Shown one piece after another: positions 1 through 9,453 of a stretch of 32,000 bases of DNA. Numbering within the stretch: position 1 is the stretch's first letter; every line of letters begins with the position of its first letter. The DNA comes from Methanothermus fervidus DSM 2088. GTDB taxonomy: Archaea; Methanobacteriota; Methanobacteria; DSM-2088; Methanothermaceae. Location: contig CP002278.1 of NCBI GenBank assembly GCA_000166095.1, positions 210,001 to 242,000 of the forward strand, given 5' to 3'. A program made the position numbers and the translations under genes. The notes beneath the pieces were generated by a model, which saw only the letters and a list, made by a program, of their open reading frames with translations, was not told where the DNA came from and ran no database searches.

Positions 1-536
1 AAATTTCTTATACATGCATCTACAACAGTGTTTCCAGTTATGTATATATTTTTTGGATTTAAACCTTCAAATATTAAATTTAACGCTGCTTCTTCTGTTG
101 GTGCGTAGTGTATAGTAGAACACATGTCAGTTATAACCCTGTTTATTTCTTCTGGCATTGATTTGTCAAAAGATCTTAAACCAGCTTCTACATGCCCAAC
201 AGCTATATGCATCTTCGAAGCTGCTAAAGCACCTGCAAGTGTTGCATTTGTATCACCTTGAACTAAAACTAAGTTTGGATCTTCTTTTTTTAAAGTTTTT
301 TCGATCCCAGTAATCATTTTTCCTGTCATTTTTCCATGAGAACATGACCCAACACCTATATTATAATCAGGAGATGGTAATTCCAACTCGAAAAAAAACT
401 GGTCTGACATCTCATAATCGTAATGTTGTCCCGTATGTATTAAGGTGAAAGAAATACTTTCATTTTGTAATTTATCGATTATTGGTGCCATCTTTATTAT
501 TTCAGGTCTAGTTCCTAAGACAATAGCTATCTTCAT
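1..536 (-). CDS. wecB: UDP-N-acetylglucosamine 2-epimerase, N-terminal part (truncated by window edge)
   Basis: Reverse-complement translation from ATG at 536: [23 protein letters not shown]...[18 protein letters not shown]...[17 protein letters not shown]...[25 protein letters not shown], classic WecB/MnaA motifs. Absent from the ORF track because it runs off the window. Confidence 0.93.
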   Translation of the reverse strand, partial: MKIAIVLGTRPEIIKMAPIIDKLQNESISFTLIHTGQHYDYEMSDQFFFELELPSPDYNIGVGSCSHGKMTGKMITGIEKTLKKEDPNLVLVQGDTNATLAGALAASKMHIAVGHVEAGLRSFDKSMPEEINRVITDMCSTIHYAPTEEAALNLIFEGLNPKNIYITGNTVVDACIRN

Positions 537-541
537 TTATA

Positions 542-1855
542 TCACTCAAGTTTTCTTTTCCTTTTATTCCTGTATTCCTTAATAATTTTTATTAGCTTTT
601 CTCTCATTTTTTCCCCATGTCTTTTTTTCCATCTTTTGATACTCTTATTCAATTCTTCTAAATTAACTATTGCAAATCCATTTGAAAACTTTAAATTTAA
701 TTCTGAAATAGATATTACAGGAATATTTCTTTCATCAAAAACTTCTTTAGCACTAGGAGAAATTTTACCATCAAATATAATACACTTTGGTTTTATATTT
801 GATAAAAGTAAAGCAGTTGATCTTCCTCCAAGTTCTGGTTTAAGAATTAGTAATACATCGTCCTCAGTGACATGCCAATTTTCACATGCCTTTTTTATTC
901 CTTCTTTAGTAAATGATTCTATAATTTTCACAGGAACTTTATTTTTGGAGTAAATTATATCGATTAACTTGTGCAATGACTTTAAGTTTTCTTCTAATTT
1001 TTTTCTTAATTCTAGCTCTCTTCTGTATTTTTCTTGTAAAGACTTTATAATTTTTATTTTTGCAGAAAGTTCCTTGTTTAGAAGTAAACCTTTTGAATAT
1101 TCATAATGAAGTTTATTGATTTTTTCCTTTAATTTTTTATTTTCTTTTGACTTTTCACTTAATATCCTTTTTAACTTCTTATTTTCTTTTTTTAATTTTT
1201 TAATTAAATTGTTTTGATGTCTTATTTTCCTTTTATAAATGTTTAACAATCTTCTTAATTTGTAAAATCTCTTGGATTTTATTTTTGGTTTTGGTTTCTT
1301 TTTTTGCTTCTTTTCTTTCTTTTCGGATTTTTCCTTTGAAACAAGTTTTATGGCATCGCTAATAGGTTTATCATCCCTAATAACTATGCTTTTAACATAA
1401 TTTTTCATAGATTCTTTAATTTTCGAACTTTCTAATTTTTTATCAATTTGTCTTAGTTTACCTTCATAATGTTTGTAAGTTTTAATAGCAGAAGCAAGAG
1501 CATCTCTTTCATGTGAATTTTCAGGTTCTAATTCATATTCCTTTTCAGAAAGAAAATTCTGAACAATTTCATTTTTTAATTCTTTTGACAATGATTTATG
1601 AGGAACATATATTTTTGAATTAAGAATTGTAGCTAATTTTTTGACCATTTTAGGAGGAGGACAAACATCTGTTCCAACTATAATTGTTTTACCATGCTTG
1701 ATAATCTCATTTACTATATCGCTCAAAGAAGGGTTTTTCATGCTTTTCAATGTTAATAACTCATAATTTAGATCAATGATTGCTAATCCTACAGTGTGGC
1801 CAGGATCAAGGCCAACTATTATTGCTTTTTCATTTTCATTACCTACTAAATTTAT
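542..1855 (-). CDS. DUF460 family protein (RuvC/RNase H-like N-terminus, central coiled coil, C-terminal domain)
   Basis: ORF 542..1750 contains 'IIVGTDVCPPPKMVKKLA..', 'YVPHKSLS' and 'NSHERDALASAIKTYKHY', plus a Lys-rich coiled coil. The frame stays open upstream to 1861 and encodes '(I)NLVGNENEKAIIVGLDPGHTVGLAIIDLNYELLT', the expected RuvC-like first strand. There is no ATG/GTG/TTG in that extension, so the 5' boundary is tentative (track start is TTG 1750). Confidence 0.8.
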   Translation of the reverse strand: MNLVGNENEKAIIVGLDPGHTVGLAIIDLNYELLTLKSMKNPSLSDIVNEIIKHGKTIIVGTDVCPPPKMVKKLATILNSKIYVPHKSLSKELKNEIVQNFLSEKEYELEPENSHERDALASAIKTYKHYEGKLRQIDKKLESSKIKESMKNYVKSIVIRDDKPISDAIKLVSKEKSEKKEKKQKKKPKPKIKSKRFYKLRRLLNIYKRKIRHQNNLIKKLKKENKKLKRILSEKSKENKKLKEKINKLHYEYSKGLLLNKELSAKIKIIKSLQEKYRRELELRKKLEENLKSLHKLIDIIYSKNKVPVKIIESFTKEGIKKACENWHVTEDDVLLILKPELGGRSTALLLSNIKPKCIIFDGKISPSAKEVFDERNIPVISISELNLKFSNGFAIVNLEELNKSIKRWKKRHGEKMREKLIKIIKEYRNKRKRKLE

Positions 1856-1892
1856 AACCCCCTAATTCAATTAATACTTCATAAAAGACACC

Positions 1893-2726
1893 TTATGAAT
1901 TTTCTTTTCTTTTATCTATTTCTTCTTTAACAAATTCTGACATTGTTTCCCTTACAAAATAAGCAGATCTATATTTAGTTAATTCTTCTTCAAGTTTTGA
2001 CATGAACTTTAAATAAGCTTTTTCTTCATGTTCAAATTTCACAGGTGGCTTATACATAACTTTCATTAATATTAAATTTTCTGGGGGCATGGGTTCTATG
2101 TAAACTTTTTCTTCTGTATCTAAAAATTCATCTATTTTTTCAGGTTCATATTCTTCTTTTCCTATATCAAATAAAACTTTAACCATTTTTCTAACCATTT
2201 GCCATAAGAAACTTTCTCCAATCACATCGACCCAAATATATTCTCCTTTATCAACTACGTCCACTTTTTCTATATACCGTATAGGATTTCTTTCTTCAAC
2301 CCTACGAGAAAAATTTGTGAAGTCATGCCTTCCTTCAAACTTTTTACTTGCTTCTTTCATCAACTCAATATTTAAACCATCGTTTGGTAATACATATCTA
2401 TAGTGTCGCCTGTAAGCATACCTTGTCTTGAAACCATAAGGTACTGATGCCTTCCCAAGTATATATACATCATCAGGTAAACAACTATTTATCTGATTTA
2501 TTATAACATCCTCGTCAGTGAAAAATGTTACAACATTGCCCAAAGCATGTACTCCTTTGTCTGTCCTTCCAGCGGATCTGAATCTTGCCACTCCTGATTC
2601 ATCTAGAATTCCAGTCTCAACTAATGCTTTTATGAGTTCTCCTTCGACAGTTCTGAGATCTGGTTGCCTTTGAAAGCCAAAAAAATGAGTACCTATATAT
2701 GCAACCTTTAATGCTATCTTTTTCAT
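1893..2726 (-). CDS. truA: tRNA pseudouridine(38-40) synthase TruA
   Basis: MKKIALKVAYIGTHFFGFQRQP...TVEGELIKAL...RSAGRTDKGVHALGNVVTF (catalytic Asp in GRTDKGVHA). The ORF opens at 2741, but ATG 2726 has a GGAGTG Shine-Dalgarno-like sequence. Confidence 0.93.
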   Translation of the reverse strand: MKKIALKVAYIGTHFFGFQRQPDLRTVEGELIKALVETGILDESGVARFRSAGRTDKGVHALGNVVTFFTDEDVIINQINSCLPDDVYILGKASVPYGFKTRYAYRRHYRYVLPNDGLNIELMKEASKKFEGRHDFTNFSRRVEERNPIRYIEKVDVVDKGEYIWVDVIGESFLWQMVRKMVKVLFDIGKEEYEPEKIDEFLDTEEKVYIEPMPPENLILMKVMYKPPVKFEHEEKAYLKFMSKLEEELTKYRSAYFVRETMSEFVKEEIDKRKENS

Positions 2727-2752
2727 AGTTAACCACTCCATAAGGTGATAAC

Positions 2753-3667
2753 ATGGAAAAATGGGGATATCTTAGTGCACTCTTAGCAACAGTGTTATTT
2801 GGATTATCAGCTGCCTTTAGCAAAATCATGGTTAAATATGTTCATCCAATAGTGTTAGGAGCATTAGTGTATATAATAGCTGGTGCATTTCTTTTTTCAA
2901 TAAAATTTTCTCCTATAGGTGAACCATTGTTAAAGCTTTTAAACAAGAGCATGTATACTGAAGATTATATATCTAGGAGAGATTATATAATACTTATCAT
3001 TACAGCCTTATCCGGTTCCTCGATTGCACCATTTCTATACTATACTGGATTAAAATTTGTCAGTGCCGTAAATGCAGCTTTACTTTTAAATGTTGAAGTC
3101 TTATTCATAGTAATTATGAGTACGTTTATTCTTAATGAAATATTTAAAATTAAAGACGTAGTTGGCATGTTATTAATACTTACAGGTGCAGGTTATATAG
3201 CTACTCAAGGAAGTTTCCAAAATTTTGGTGGAAATTTAGTTGGCAATTTTTTAATAATATCTTCAGCTTTTTTTTGGGGAACTGACACAGTTTTAAGTAA
3301 ATTTTTAAGTAAAAAAAGAGATTTAATTTGGATATCAGCAGTTAAAAGTACTATTGGTGGATTATCACTTTTATGTGTAGCTATTTTATTAGGTCTAAAT
3401 TTTAAAATACCTGTCAATATGATACCATTTCTTACCTATGTTTCTATATTTAGTACTGGTCTAGCATTCATTTTAGTTTATTTTGCAATCAGGACAATTG
3501 GGTCAGCAAAAGTTGGATCTATATTTCCATTATCTTCATTTTTTGGAGCACTTTTTGCATCTTTTATCCTATCAGAAGAATTTGGGCCAATAAAGGCTTT
3601 TTGTGGACTTATAATGCTCCTTGGCGTGTTTTTACTTTACCATGAAAATAGCAAGTCTTTGTTTTAA
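2753..3667 (+). CDS. EamA/DMT superfamily transporter
   Basis: About 10 hydrophobic segments in two similar halves (MEKWGYLSALLATVLFGLSAAFSKIMVKY...; NFLIISSAFFWGTDTVLSKFL...). GGTGAT SD before the ATG. Confidence 0.85.
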   Translation: MEKWGYLSALLATVLFGLSAAFSKIMVKYVHPIVLGALVYIIAGAFLFSIKFSPIGEPLLKLLNKSMYTEDYISRRDYIILIITALSGSSIAPFLYYTGLKFVSAVNAALLLNVEVLFIVIMSTFILNEIFKIKDVVGMLLILTGAGYIATQGSFQNFGGNLVGNFLIISSAFFWGTDTVLSKFLSKKRDLIWISAVKSTIGGLSLLCVAILLGLNFKIPVNMIPFLTYVSIFSTGLAFILVYFAIRTIGSAKVGSIFPLSSFFGALFASFILSEEFGPIKAFCGLIMLLGVFLLYHENSKSLF

Positions 3668-3704
3668 AACATTTTTTAATTCTATTCAAAAAATAATAAA
3701 AAAT

Positions 3705-3760
3705 TTTATATAAGTATTACTCAATAATTCCTCATGTAGTAATAACAAAAAAGGAGGTGA
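3705..3760 (+). promoter_or_regulatory. Archaeal TATA box (tttatataa, about 3705-3713) and strong SD (AAAGGAGGTGA) for the exported FmdE-like gene
   Basis: TATA-like element about 50 nt upstream of the TTG start; SD GGAGGTGA at 3753-3760 followed by AAAG-TTG. Confidence 0.6.
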
Positions 3761-3764
3761 AAAG

Positions 3765-6563
3765 TTGAGGAAGTTTTTAGTGATTGCATTGTTTGCAGTG
3801 TTTTTATTGATTTCAGGGGCTTTTGCTGAAAATAAAACATGTGAAGTTAAAATAAATTTAAAATGGCAATACAATGAAACTGTAAATCCAACGATTGATA
3901 TTAAAGCCGATAATGAGAGTTTAAATTTTAATAAATACATGGAAAACAATACTTCTTTGATTGTGAGATTTCAAGGTGATATTCAAAAACCATTTTTAAT
4001 CACTATAAAAGCTCCTGGTTATCAACCTGTAACCAGAAATTTCGTTGTGGATCAAAGTGGTAAAGCAGTGTTGTCAGTAAATATGAATGCTAAGGAAAGT
4101 TATATCATTGGCAGAGAAATAACAAAAAGAGCTAGTAAATTTTTAGATTTTAAAAATTCTGATAACATACTTGTTATTACAACAGCTGGACATGTTAAAT
4201 ATAAAAATGAAACAACAGAAGATGCAATTGAAGGTATTTTAAATGAACTTGGGAATTCTGTAAGTTTTGGTAGAGGAAACATTCTTCTGCTGAGAAAAAC
4301 TGCACTAGATACATTGGACTTTGCATTTATAACTAAAAAAGGTAAAAATATAACTATGGCCTATTTCAGAAATGCTAGTTTTTCACCTGTTTATATAGGC
4401 ACAATATCTGAAAATATGAGTATGAAAGAATATTCCAAACTTTGTAACAGTTTAGGAAAAGATATTGCATTTAGTATTGCAAGTATTGCCAATGCTTGGG
4501 CATTAGGAGTTTCAGCAGATATATTAAGAGAGGCTGCATTTCATGGACATTTATGTGCTGGTACAATATGTGGATATGCAATGGTAGAAACATTGCTTAA
4601 ATATTATCCTCCAAAAGGAGGGGCTATGGGAGAAGGAGTTAGTTACATTGTCCTTGGTGTCCCAGGTGGATCAGATGACGATGTTTTTGTTTATTCAATG
4701 GATGCAACACCAGGAAAGAGGGCATACATAGGCTACAATACCACCAATGATCCAAATATAGTAGGATTTATACGTTGGGATTCAAACAACAAAAAAGGAA
4801 CTTTAATTGTGATGAAATATGATGTAAAAGAACTTGCGGAAGAATTCAAAAAAATCTATGGTCTAAATATTAAGGAAGATACACCTATCGAACTTAAATT
4901 CAATTCATGGCTTGTTAAAAAATTGATAAATAATCCAGAATCATTAGTGAAAATTTTGTATGCATTTGACAATCTCACAGAAGAACAAGTAAATTATCTT
5001 GCAGGTGGTACTAGTGGACGTACAGTTCAAAGTGCACATGGATTAGACATGAGTTACATTTTAAATCAAACAAATTTAGTGAATGCAACACCAGAAAACT
5101 TCATGCAGAAAAAAGGTAATCTAACTTATGATCAATTAAAAACAATTGGATTAGAAGCTGCAAGGTTGGCAGTGGATATATTTAAACAGTGTGGAATAAA
5201 TGTTGAAAAGGACAATCTTAACTTTTTAGTTTTAACTTCAGCTGGTTATGCACGATTAAATGGCCAAGATACAAGCCCAATGTGGGATGGTATATATGAC
5301 ATCCTTGGTTCAAGGTTGAGTAGAAGAACTTTGTTACCAGTGCACAGTGCACTATGGAGTCCAATATGGTTTACATTTATATTAAAAGATGGTAAATACA
5401 ATTCAAGTATATTAGGCAAAATAGGCGGCTTTGGAAAATTTAAATTCAATATAACCAAAGATGATAATCTACTTTTTGCTATCCAAATTGTCTATGATCC
5501 AGAGAAAGGATTAGTTGTAATTAATGATACAAAAGGTCCAATATACGACATTGGACCTGGATGGAATTATACCAACCCATCAGTTTCTAAAATATTCAAA
5601 AATTGGAACAGTGTAATCACAATTTCTAATGGATGGTCCTACGAACCGCCTTTTGATATGTTGATGGTTTATCTATTCCACAACCACATTTGTCCAGGAG
5701 TTTCCCCATCTTATTTAATAACAAATTATATATTCCAGAATTTTCCACGAGGGAAAGATGAAAAATATATTTACATTACTACTACGGATTATTGTAAAGA
5801 TGATGGTATATTGTTGCTACTTGGTGTATCACCAGGAGCTGGGACCTACTATAATTTACGATTAAGTGACAATGATACCCAATCTCCATCCATTAATGGA
5901 GGAAACATGGAAGGTATACTCATTATCTGGAATGAAAAATTAAACATTGGAAAGGCAGTGATAATTACATTTAAGTGGCCACAGTTCTATCCAGGAACAA
6001 ATTCATTAAAAGCATATATAGACTGGTATAAAGGAAAAGATCCTAAAGGAGTGGCCTCACCATATATACTAACTAAAGAGACAGAGAAATATATTACTGG
6101 GGATGAATTAAGCGTAATTTTAAAAGGTAGTAAATATTTATCTTCAGGCAATGTACTCAAATTTATCATGGAACTACCAAATCGTCAATTATCAGATTTA
6201 ATTTCCGTTTTACCAATTTCATATCCAACTCAAGTAACTCGTCCAACAAATGTTTCAACTTTAATATCTCATGTAATTACTGGAAGTTCGATTTTTACAA
6301 GGATAATACCATATATATCAGGATTAGGAATTCCAATACATGAATCCATAAGTGGGATTTCAGGTCCTTCAGGTAAAGTTGGTGGTGAAATTGGTGCAAG
6401 GGGGGCAGCCCAAGCTGCTGGAGCAGCAGGTAAAGCATATGAGATTACACCAGTGTCTAAGGGAATTGGAAAGCCAGGAATTCCATTTGCAGGAATAATT
6501 GCTGTTATAATATTGATTGCATTAATAGCAGCAGGATATCTATTGAGAAGGCCGGAGAAATGA
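3765..6563 (+). CDS. Exported, C-terminally membrane-anchored protein with two FmdE-like domains
   Basis: TTG start with full SD; signal peptide MRKFLVIALFAVFLLISGAFA. Two His/Cys motifs, 'AAFHGHLCAGTICGYAMVE' and 'YLFHNHICPGVSPSYLI', resemble the FmdE signature. C-terminal TM helix 'FAGIIAVIILIALIAAGYLLRRPEK' preceded by a Gly/Ala-rich stretch. Confidence 0.75.
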   Translation: MRKFLVIALFAVFLLISGAFAENKTCEVKINLKWQYNETVNPTIDIKADNESLNFNKYMENNTSLIVRFQGDIQKPFLITIKAPGYQPVTRNFVVDQSGKAVLSVNMNAKESYIIGREITKRASKFLDFKNSDNILVITTAGHVKYKNETTEDAIEGILNELGNSVSFGRGNILLLRKTALDTLDFAFITKKGKNITMAYFRNASFSPVYIGTISENMSMKEYSKLCNSLGKDIAFSIASIANAWALGVSADILREAAFHGHLCAGTICGYAMVETLLKYYPPKGGAMGEGVSYIVLGVPGGSDDDVFVYSMDATPGKRAYIGYNTTNDPNIVGFIRWDSNNKKGTLIVMKYDVKELAEEFKKIYGLNIKEDTPIELKFNSWLVKKLINNPESLVKILYAFDNLTEEQVNYLAGGTSGRTVQSAHGLDMSYILNQTNLVNATPENFMQKKGNLTYDQLKTIGLEAARLAVDIFKQCGINVEKDNLNFLVLTSAGYARLNGQDTSPMWDGIYDILGSRLSRRTLLPVHSALWSPIWFTFILKDGKYNSSILGKIGGFGKFKFNITKDDNLLFAIQIVYDPEKGLVVINDTKGPIYDIGPGWNYTNPSVSKIFKNWNSVITISNGWSYEPPFDMLMVYLFHNHICPGVSPSYLITNYIFQNFPRGKDEKYIYITTTDYCKDDGILLLLGVSPGAGTYYNLRLSDNDTQSPSINGGNMEGILIIWNEKLNIGKAVIITFKWPQFYPGTNSLKAYIDWYKGKDPKGVASPYILTKETEKYITGDELSVILKGSKYLSSGNVLKFIMELPNRQLSDLISVLPISYPTQVTRPTNVSTLISHVITGSSIFTRIIPYISGLGIPIHESISGISGPSGKVGGEIGARGAAQAAGAAGKAYEITPVSKGIGKPGIPFAGIIAVIILIALIAAGYLLRRPEK

Positions 6564-6662
6564 TTTTCTTATTTTTTAATTTTCTATTTTAAAAAACAAA
6601 AAACTTAATTTAATTCTTCTAATAAGTTATTTGTAAAAATTCTAAAAGAAAAAGGTGAGAAA

Positions 6663-7538
6663 ATGAAAAAAATTTTAATTATTGTAATGATATTGCTTTG
6701 TTTATCAAGCCCATTGTATGCAATGTCCAATCTACTAGTGACATTAGGAGAAGCAACAAACTCAAATAAATATTATAAAAGTAAAGTTTTGAGTTATTTT
6801 CAATCAAAAATCAATAAAAATATCAAAGATGCTAAAATATGTGTTATAACAGCTTCTGAGGTTAATGAAGTATCAAAAAATATAACAGGTAAAATTTATG
6901 CTCCAAGCCAAATATATTCATGTGCATTAGTTGATTTAAGTTACAACCAAGGAATAAAAGTTGAAGTAGATAAAAGTAAAATAAATATTGTTACTCCAGA
7001 GATGTATGCAAATGCTTTAGAATCCACAGGAATTGATAAAGGTTATGTAGTAGTTACATCCCCAGTGCCAGCAACTGGTGAATCTGCTTTAGCAGGTGTA
7101 TTAAAATCTTATGAAGTGGCTGTAGGTGTACCAATACCAGAACCTGCTAAGAAATTATCTGTCGAAGAATTGAATCTTCAAAATAAAATAAGTAATGAAA
7201 CTAATCAAAGTGGTGAAAAAATAGCAGCATTATTTAAAGAAGTTAAAAATCAAGTTAGAGAACAAAATATTCAAAATCCTGAAGAAGTTAAAACAATAAT
7301 ACGTAATGTAGCAAACAATATGGGTATAAATATTTCACAATCACAAGTAAATAACATGTCAAATTTAATTACAGAGTCACAAAAATTACAGAATACTTTA
7401 CAAAATTTTAAACAAAAATTAAATGAAATCGCTGGGACACAAGGCTCAGGAATATTAGACCAAATATACAAGTTATTACAGGAATTTGTAAACATAATTC
7501 AAAATATATTCAACTCTTTGCAGAATATGGGGAGATAA
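6663..7538 (+). CDS. DUF1002-like exported protein
   Basis: Signal peptide MKKILIIVMILLCLSSPLYA, then 'NLLVTLGEATN', 'KICVITASEVNEV', 'QIYSCALVDL', 'GYVVVTSPVPATGESALAGVLKSYE', typical of DUF1002/YpuA-like proteins. Confidence 0.65.
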   Translation: MKKILIIVMILLCLSSPLYAMSNLLVTLGEATNSNKYYKSKVLSYFQSKINKNIKDAKICVITASEVNEVSKNITGKIYAPSQIYSCALVDLSYNQGIKVEVDKSKINIVTPEMYANALESTGIDKGYVVVTSPVPATGESALAGVLKSYEVAVGVPIPEPAKKLSVEELNLQNKISNETNQSGEKIAALFKEVKNQVREQNIQNPEEVKTIIRNVANNMGINISQSQVNNMSNLITESQKLQNTLQNFKQKLNEIAGTQGSGILDQIYKLLQEFVNIIQNIFNSLQNMGR

Positions 7539-7541
7539 CAA

Positions 7542-8618
7542 ATGATTATCGCCCAAAATAATTTACAATTTATATTAGAAGTGGCAATTTTAGTGCATTT
7601 AGGAATTCTTTTTTTATTTAATCTTTTAAATGTGTCCTTGAGATTGGCATTATCACTAAGTTTATTATTGACAATGTTTCTTTCTTTAATATTCAGTTTA
7701 GACACATTATGTTTATTTTTACCATTTGTTTCACATCAAGAATTTACACATGCATTTGGTCCACTTTCAATTTTGGGTTGGGTAACACTCACATCTGGAA
7801 TACAAATTTTAAGGGAAAGAGGTGTAACTTCCCCATCTTTATCAAAGATCAATATTTTATTATTTTTCATAATATTGATTGCCGGGGGAATTATGCATAG
7901 ATCTTTCTTGTTAATGTGGCTATTAGGTGTTGGCATTGGATATTATTTAATTTCAAAATGTTATAAAACAAAAACTAAAATAAAATTTAAAACTATTTCT
8001 TATTTTGTGGTAATTGCTCTTACTTCATTTACAGTATTAGAAATTTTGTCTAGAATACTTAATTTGGAGGTTCTTAGTCCTAGTGTGAGAATATCAAGAG
8101 TTGAAAAAAATATAATTCCTAGTTTACAAATGGTACTTCCAAATATTCGGTTCTGGGGACATGTTCCAGGATCCTGTCATTGGGGAAGCGAATGCCTTGG
8201 CGGCGCTGATGGATATATAACACTTCCAGTGACATTAATACATTTTCTCAGGCTCCCATATCATATATTTTATGGTATACTCGTAAATCAGAAAGATTAC
8301 ATTGATTATATGCTTCCAGGTATATTTGCAGTTGCTTTTGATGGAGGTTATTTCTCATTGCTGTTTTTACTTGTCTGGGTAGCATTTGTAACAATTTTAG
8401 CATCCAAAATATTAAAAAAATATAAAGAAAAAAGGTCTGAAGGAAGTACACGATATTTAGGCAGAGAGGCATTACTTATAGGATCACTATCAGCATTTAT
8501 TTCTCAAAGTATGGTAGGTCTTTTTGTAGTTAATCGTAGTTTCAATGAATCAGCGCTCCTTACTTATATAATAATTTCTGCTTTAACAGTCGCACATGTA
8601 ATCAAAGTAGAGCAGTGA
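7542..8618 (+). CDS. Polytopic membrane protein of unknown function
   Basis: Starts 3 nt after the preceding stop; multiple hydrophobic helices; extramembrane segment 'VLPNIRFWGHVPGSCHWGSECLGGADGYITLP'. No family recognised. Confidence 0.7.
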   Translation: MIIAQNNLQFILEVAILVHLGILFLFNLLNVSLRLALSLSLLLTMFLSLIFSLDTLCLFLPFVSHQEFTHAFGPLSILGWVTLTSGIQILRERGVTSPSLSKINILLFFIILIAGGIMHRSFLLMWLLGVGIGYYLISKCYKTKTKIKFKTISYFVVIALTSFTVLEILSRILNLEVLSPSVRISRVEKNIIPSLQMVLPNIRFWGHVPGSCHWGSECLGGADGYITLPVTLIHFLRLPYHIFYGILVNQKDYIDYMLPGIFAVAFDGGYFSLLFLLVWVAFVTILASKILKKYKEKRSEGSTRYLGREALLIGSLSAFISQSMVGLFVVNRSFNESALLTYIIISALTVAHVIKVEQ

Positions 8619-8639
8619 ACTTCTCCACAAAGTCCCTTC

Positions 8640-8885
8640 TTTATAGAGAAGACTTGTTTGAAAAATTATCTCTTTATATGAAATAATCCTGAAAGGCTAT
8701 CAAAGTTGTCTCTTCCATCCTTTAGAATCTTACATGCTAATATAATCTCTTAACTTATTTTCATAGCTTATCCTTTTGACGTTGGATTTACTTTCCTGAA
8801 TACGGGGCTTTTCCAGCTTGTATTAGTAAGTGTAGAAATTTATCCCAAGCATCCAATGTTTGGGCAAAATTATGCTTTCTTAAAA
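8640..8885 (-). pseudogene. Decayed TnpB (IS200/IS605 OrfB-type) C-terminal remnant
   Basis: Across shifted minus-strand frames: 'RKHNFAQTLDAWDKFLHLLIQ..AGKAPYSGK', then 'RKVNPTSKGYENKLRDYISM', then 'ACKILKDGRDNFDSLSGLF'. The order matches the TnpB C-terminus (DA.W.KFL..L...AGK / VNP..TS..C..CGY.NK..RD..F.C / D.NA..NIL..G) with frameshifts and loss of the Zn-ribbon Cys. Confidence 0.45.
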
Positions 8886-8980
8886 GTTATATTTATTGAA
8901 TAACTATTATATTCAACTCATCTCCACGCTTCGCTAAAAACTTCTTGCCAATAGAATTAAAAATTAATGAGGTGGAAGTA

Positions 8981-9349
8981 GTGAAATCACAATATAAAAA
9001 TTTAGTTGAAATATATAATAATTTAGAAAATAAAGCAACTACAATGGCACTAATAGAGGGTATAATAATTTGCATTATGAGTTTAAGCATAACACAGTTA
9101 ATGAAGCTTTCAAACTTTGTATTTCTTCTCATACTTCCTCTAATTTTTTTAAGTTCATCTGAAATTTATAGTATTAAGTCAATGTTTTTACAAATCAATG
9201 AAGAAGACAATGAAATTAAAAAATTTCAGGAGAAAATAACATTGAAAAGAAAATATGTGAATAAGGCCATAAAATTTTTTATTCTTGGATTGTTTACATA
9301 TATCATAATCTTTATTTTTTTATTTTTTGAAGTTAAATTTAAATATTAG
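8981..9349 (+). CDS. Small two-helix membrane protein, unknown function
   Basis: ORF opens at 8945; GTG 8981 has a GAGGTG SD-like element. Hydrophobic segments 'NFVFLLILPLIFLSS' and 'FFILGLFTYIIIFIFLFF' flank a charged linker. Confidence 0.5.
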   Translation: MKSQYKNLVEIYNNLENKATTMALIEGIIICIMSLSITQLMKLSNFVFLLILPLIFLSSSEIYSIKSMFLQINEEDNEIKKFQEKITLKRKYVNKAIKFFILGLFTYIIIFIFLFFEVKFKY

Positions 9350-9453
9350 TATCGATAAAGCATGTAAAGATATCAGGACACGTATTTTTGAGGTTTTAGA
9401 TAAATCTAAAATTTTATCATGAATCCTATAATTAGGAAAAAAAGGTGTTGAAC

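Noticed and set aside
636-953. Antisense ORF of 105 aa opposite the DUF460 gene
   Set aside because: Lies wholly within a conserved coding gene and has no recognisable motif; an antisense artefact of the AT-rich, Lys-rich coding strand.
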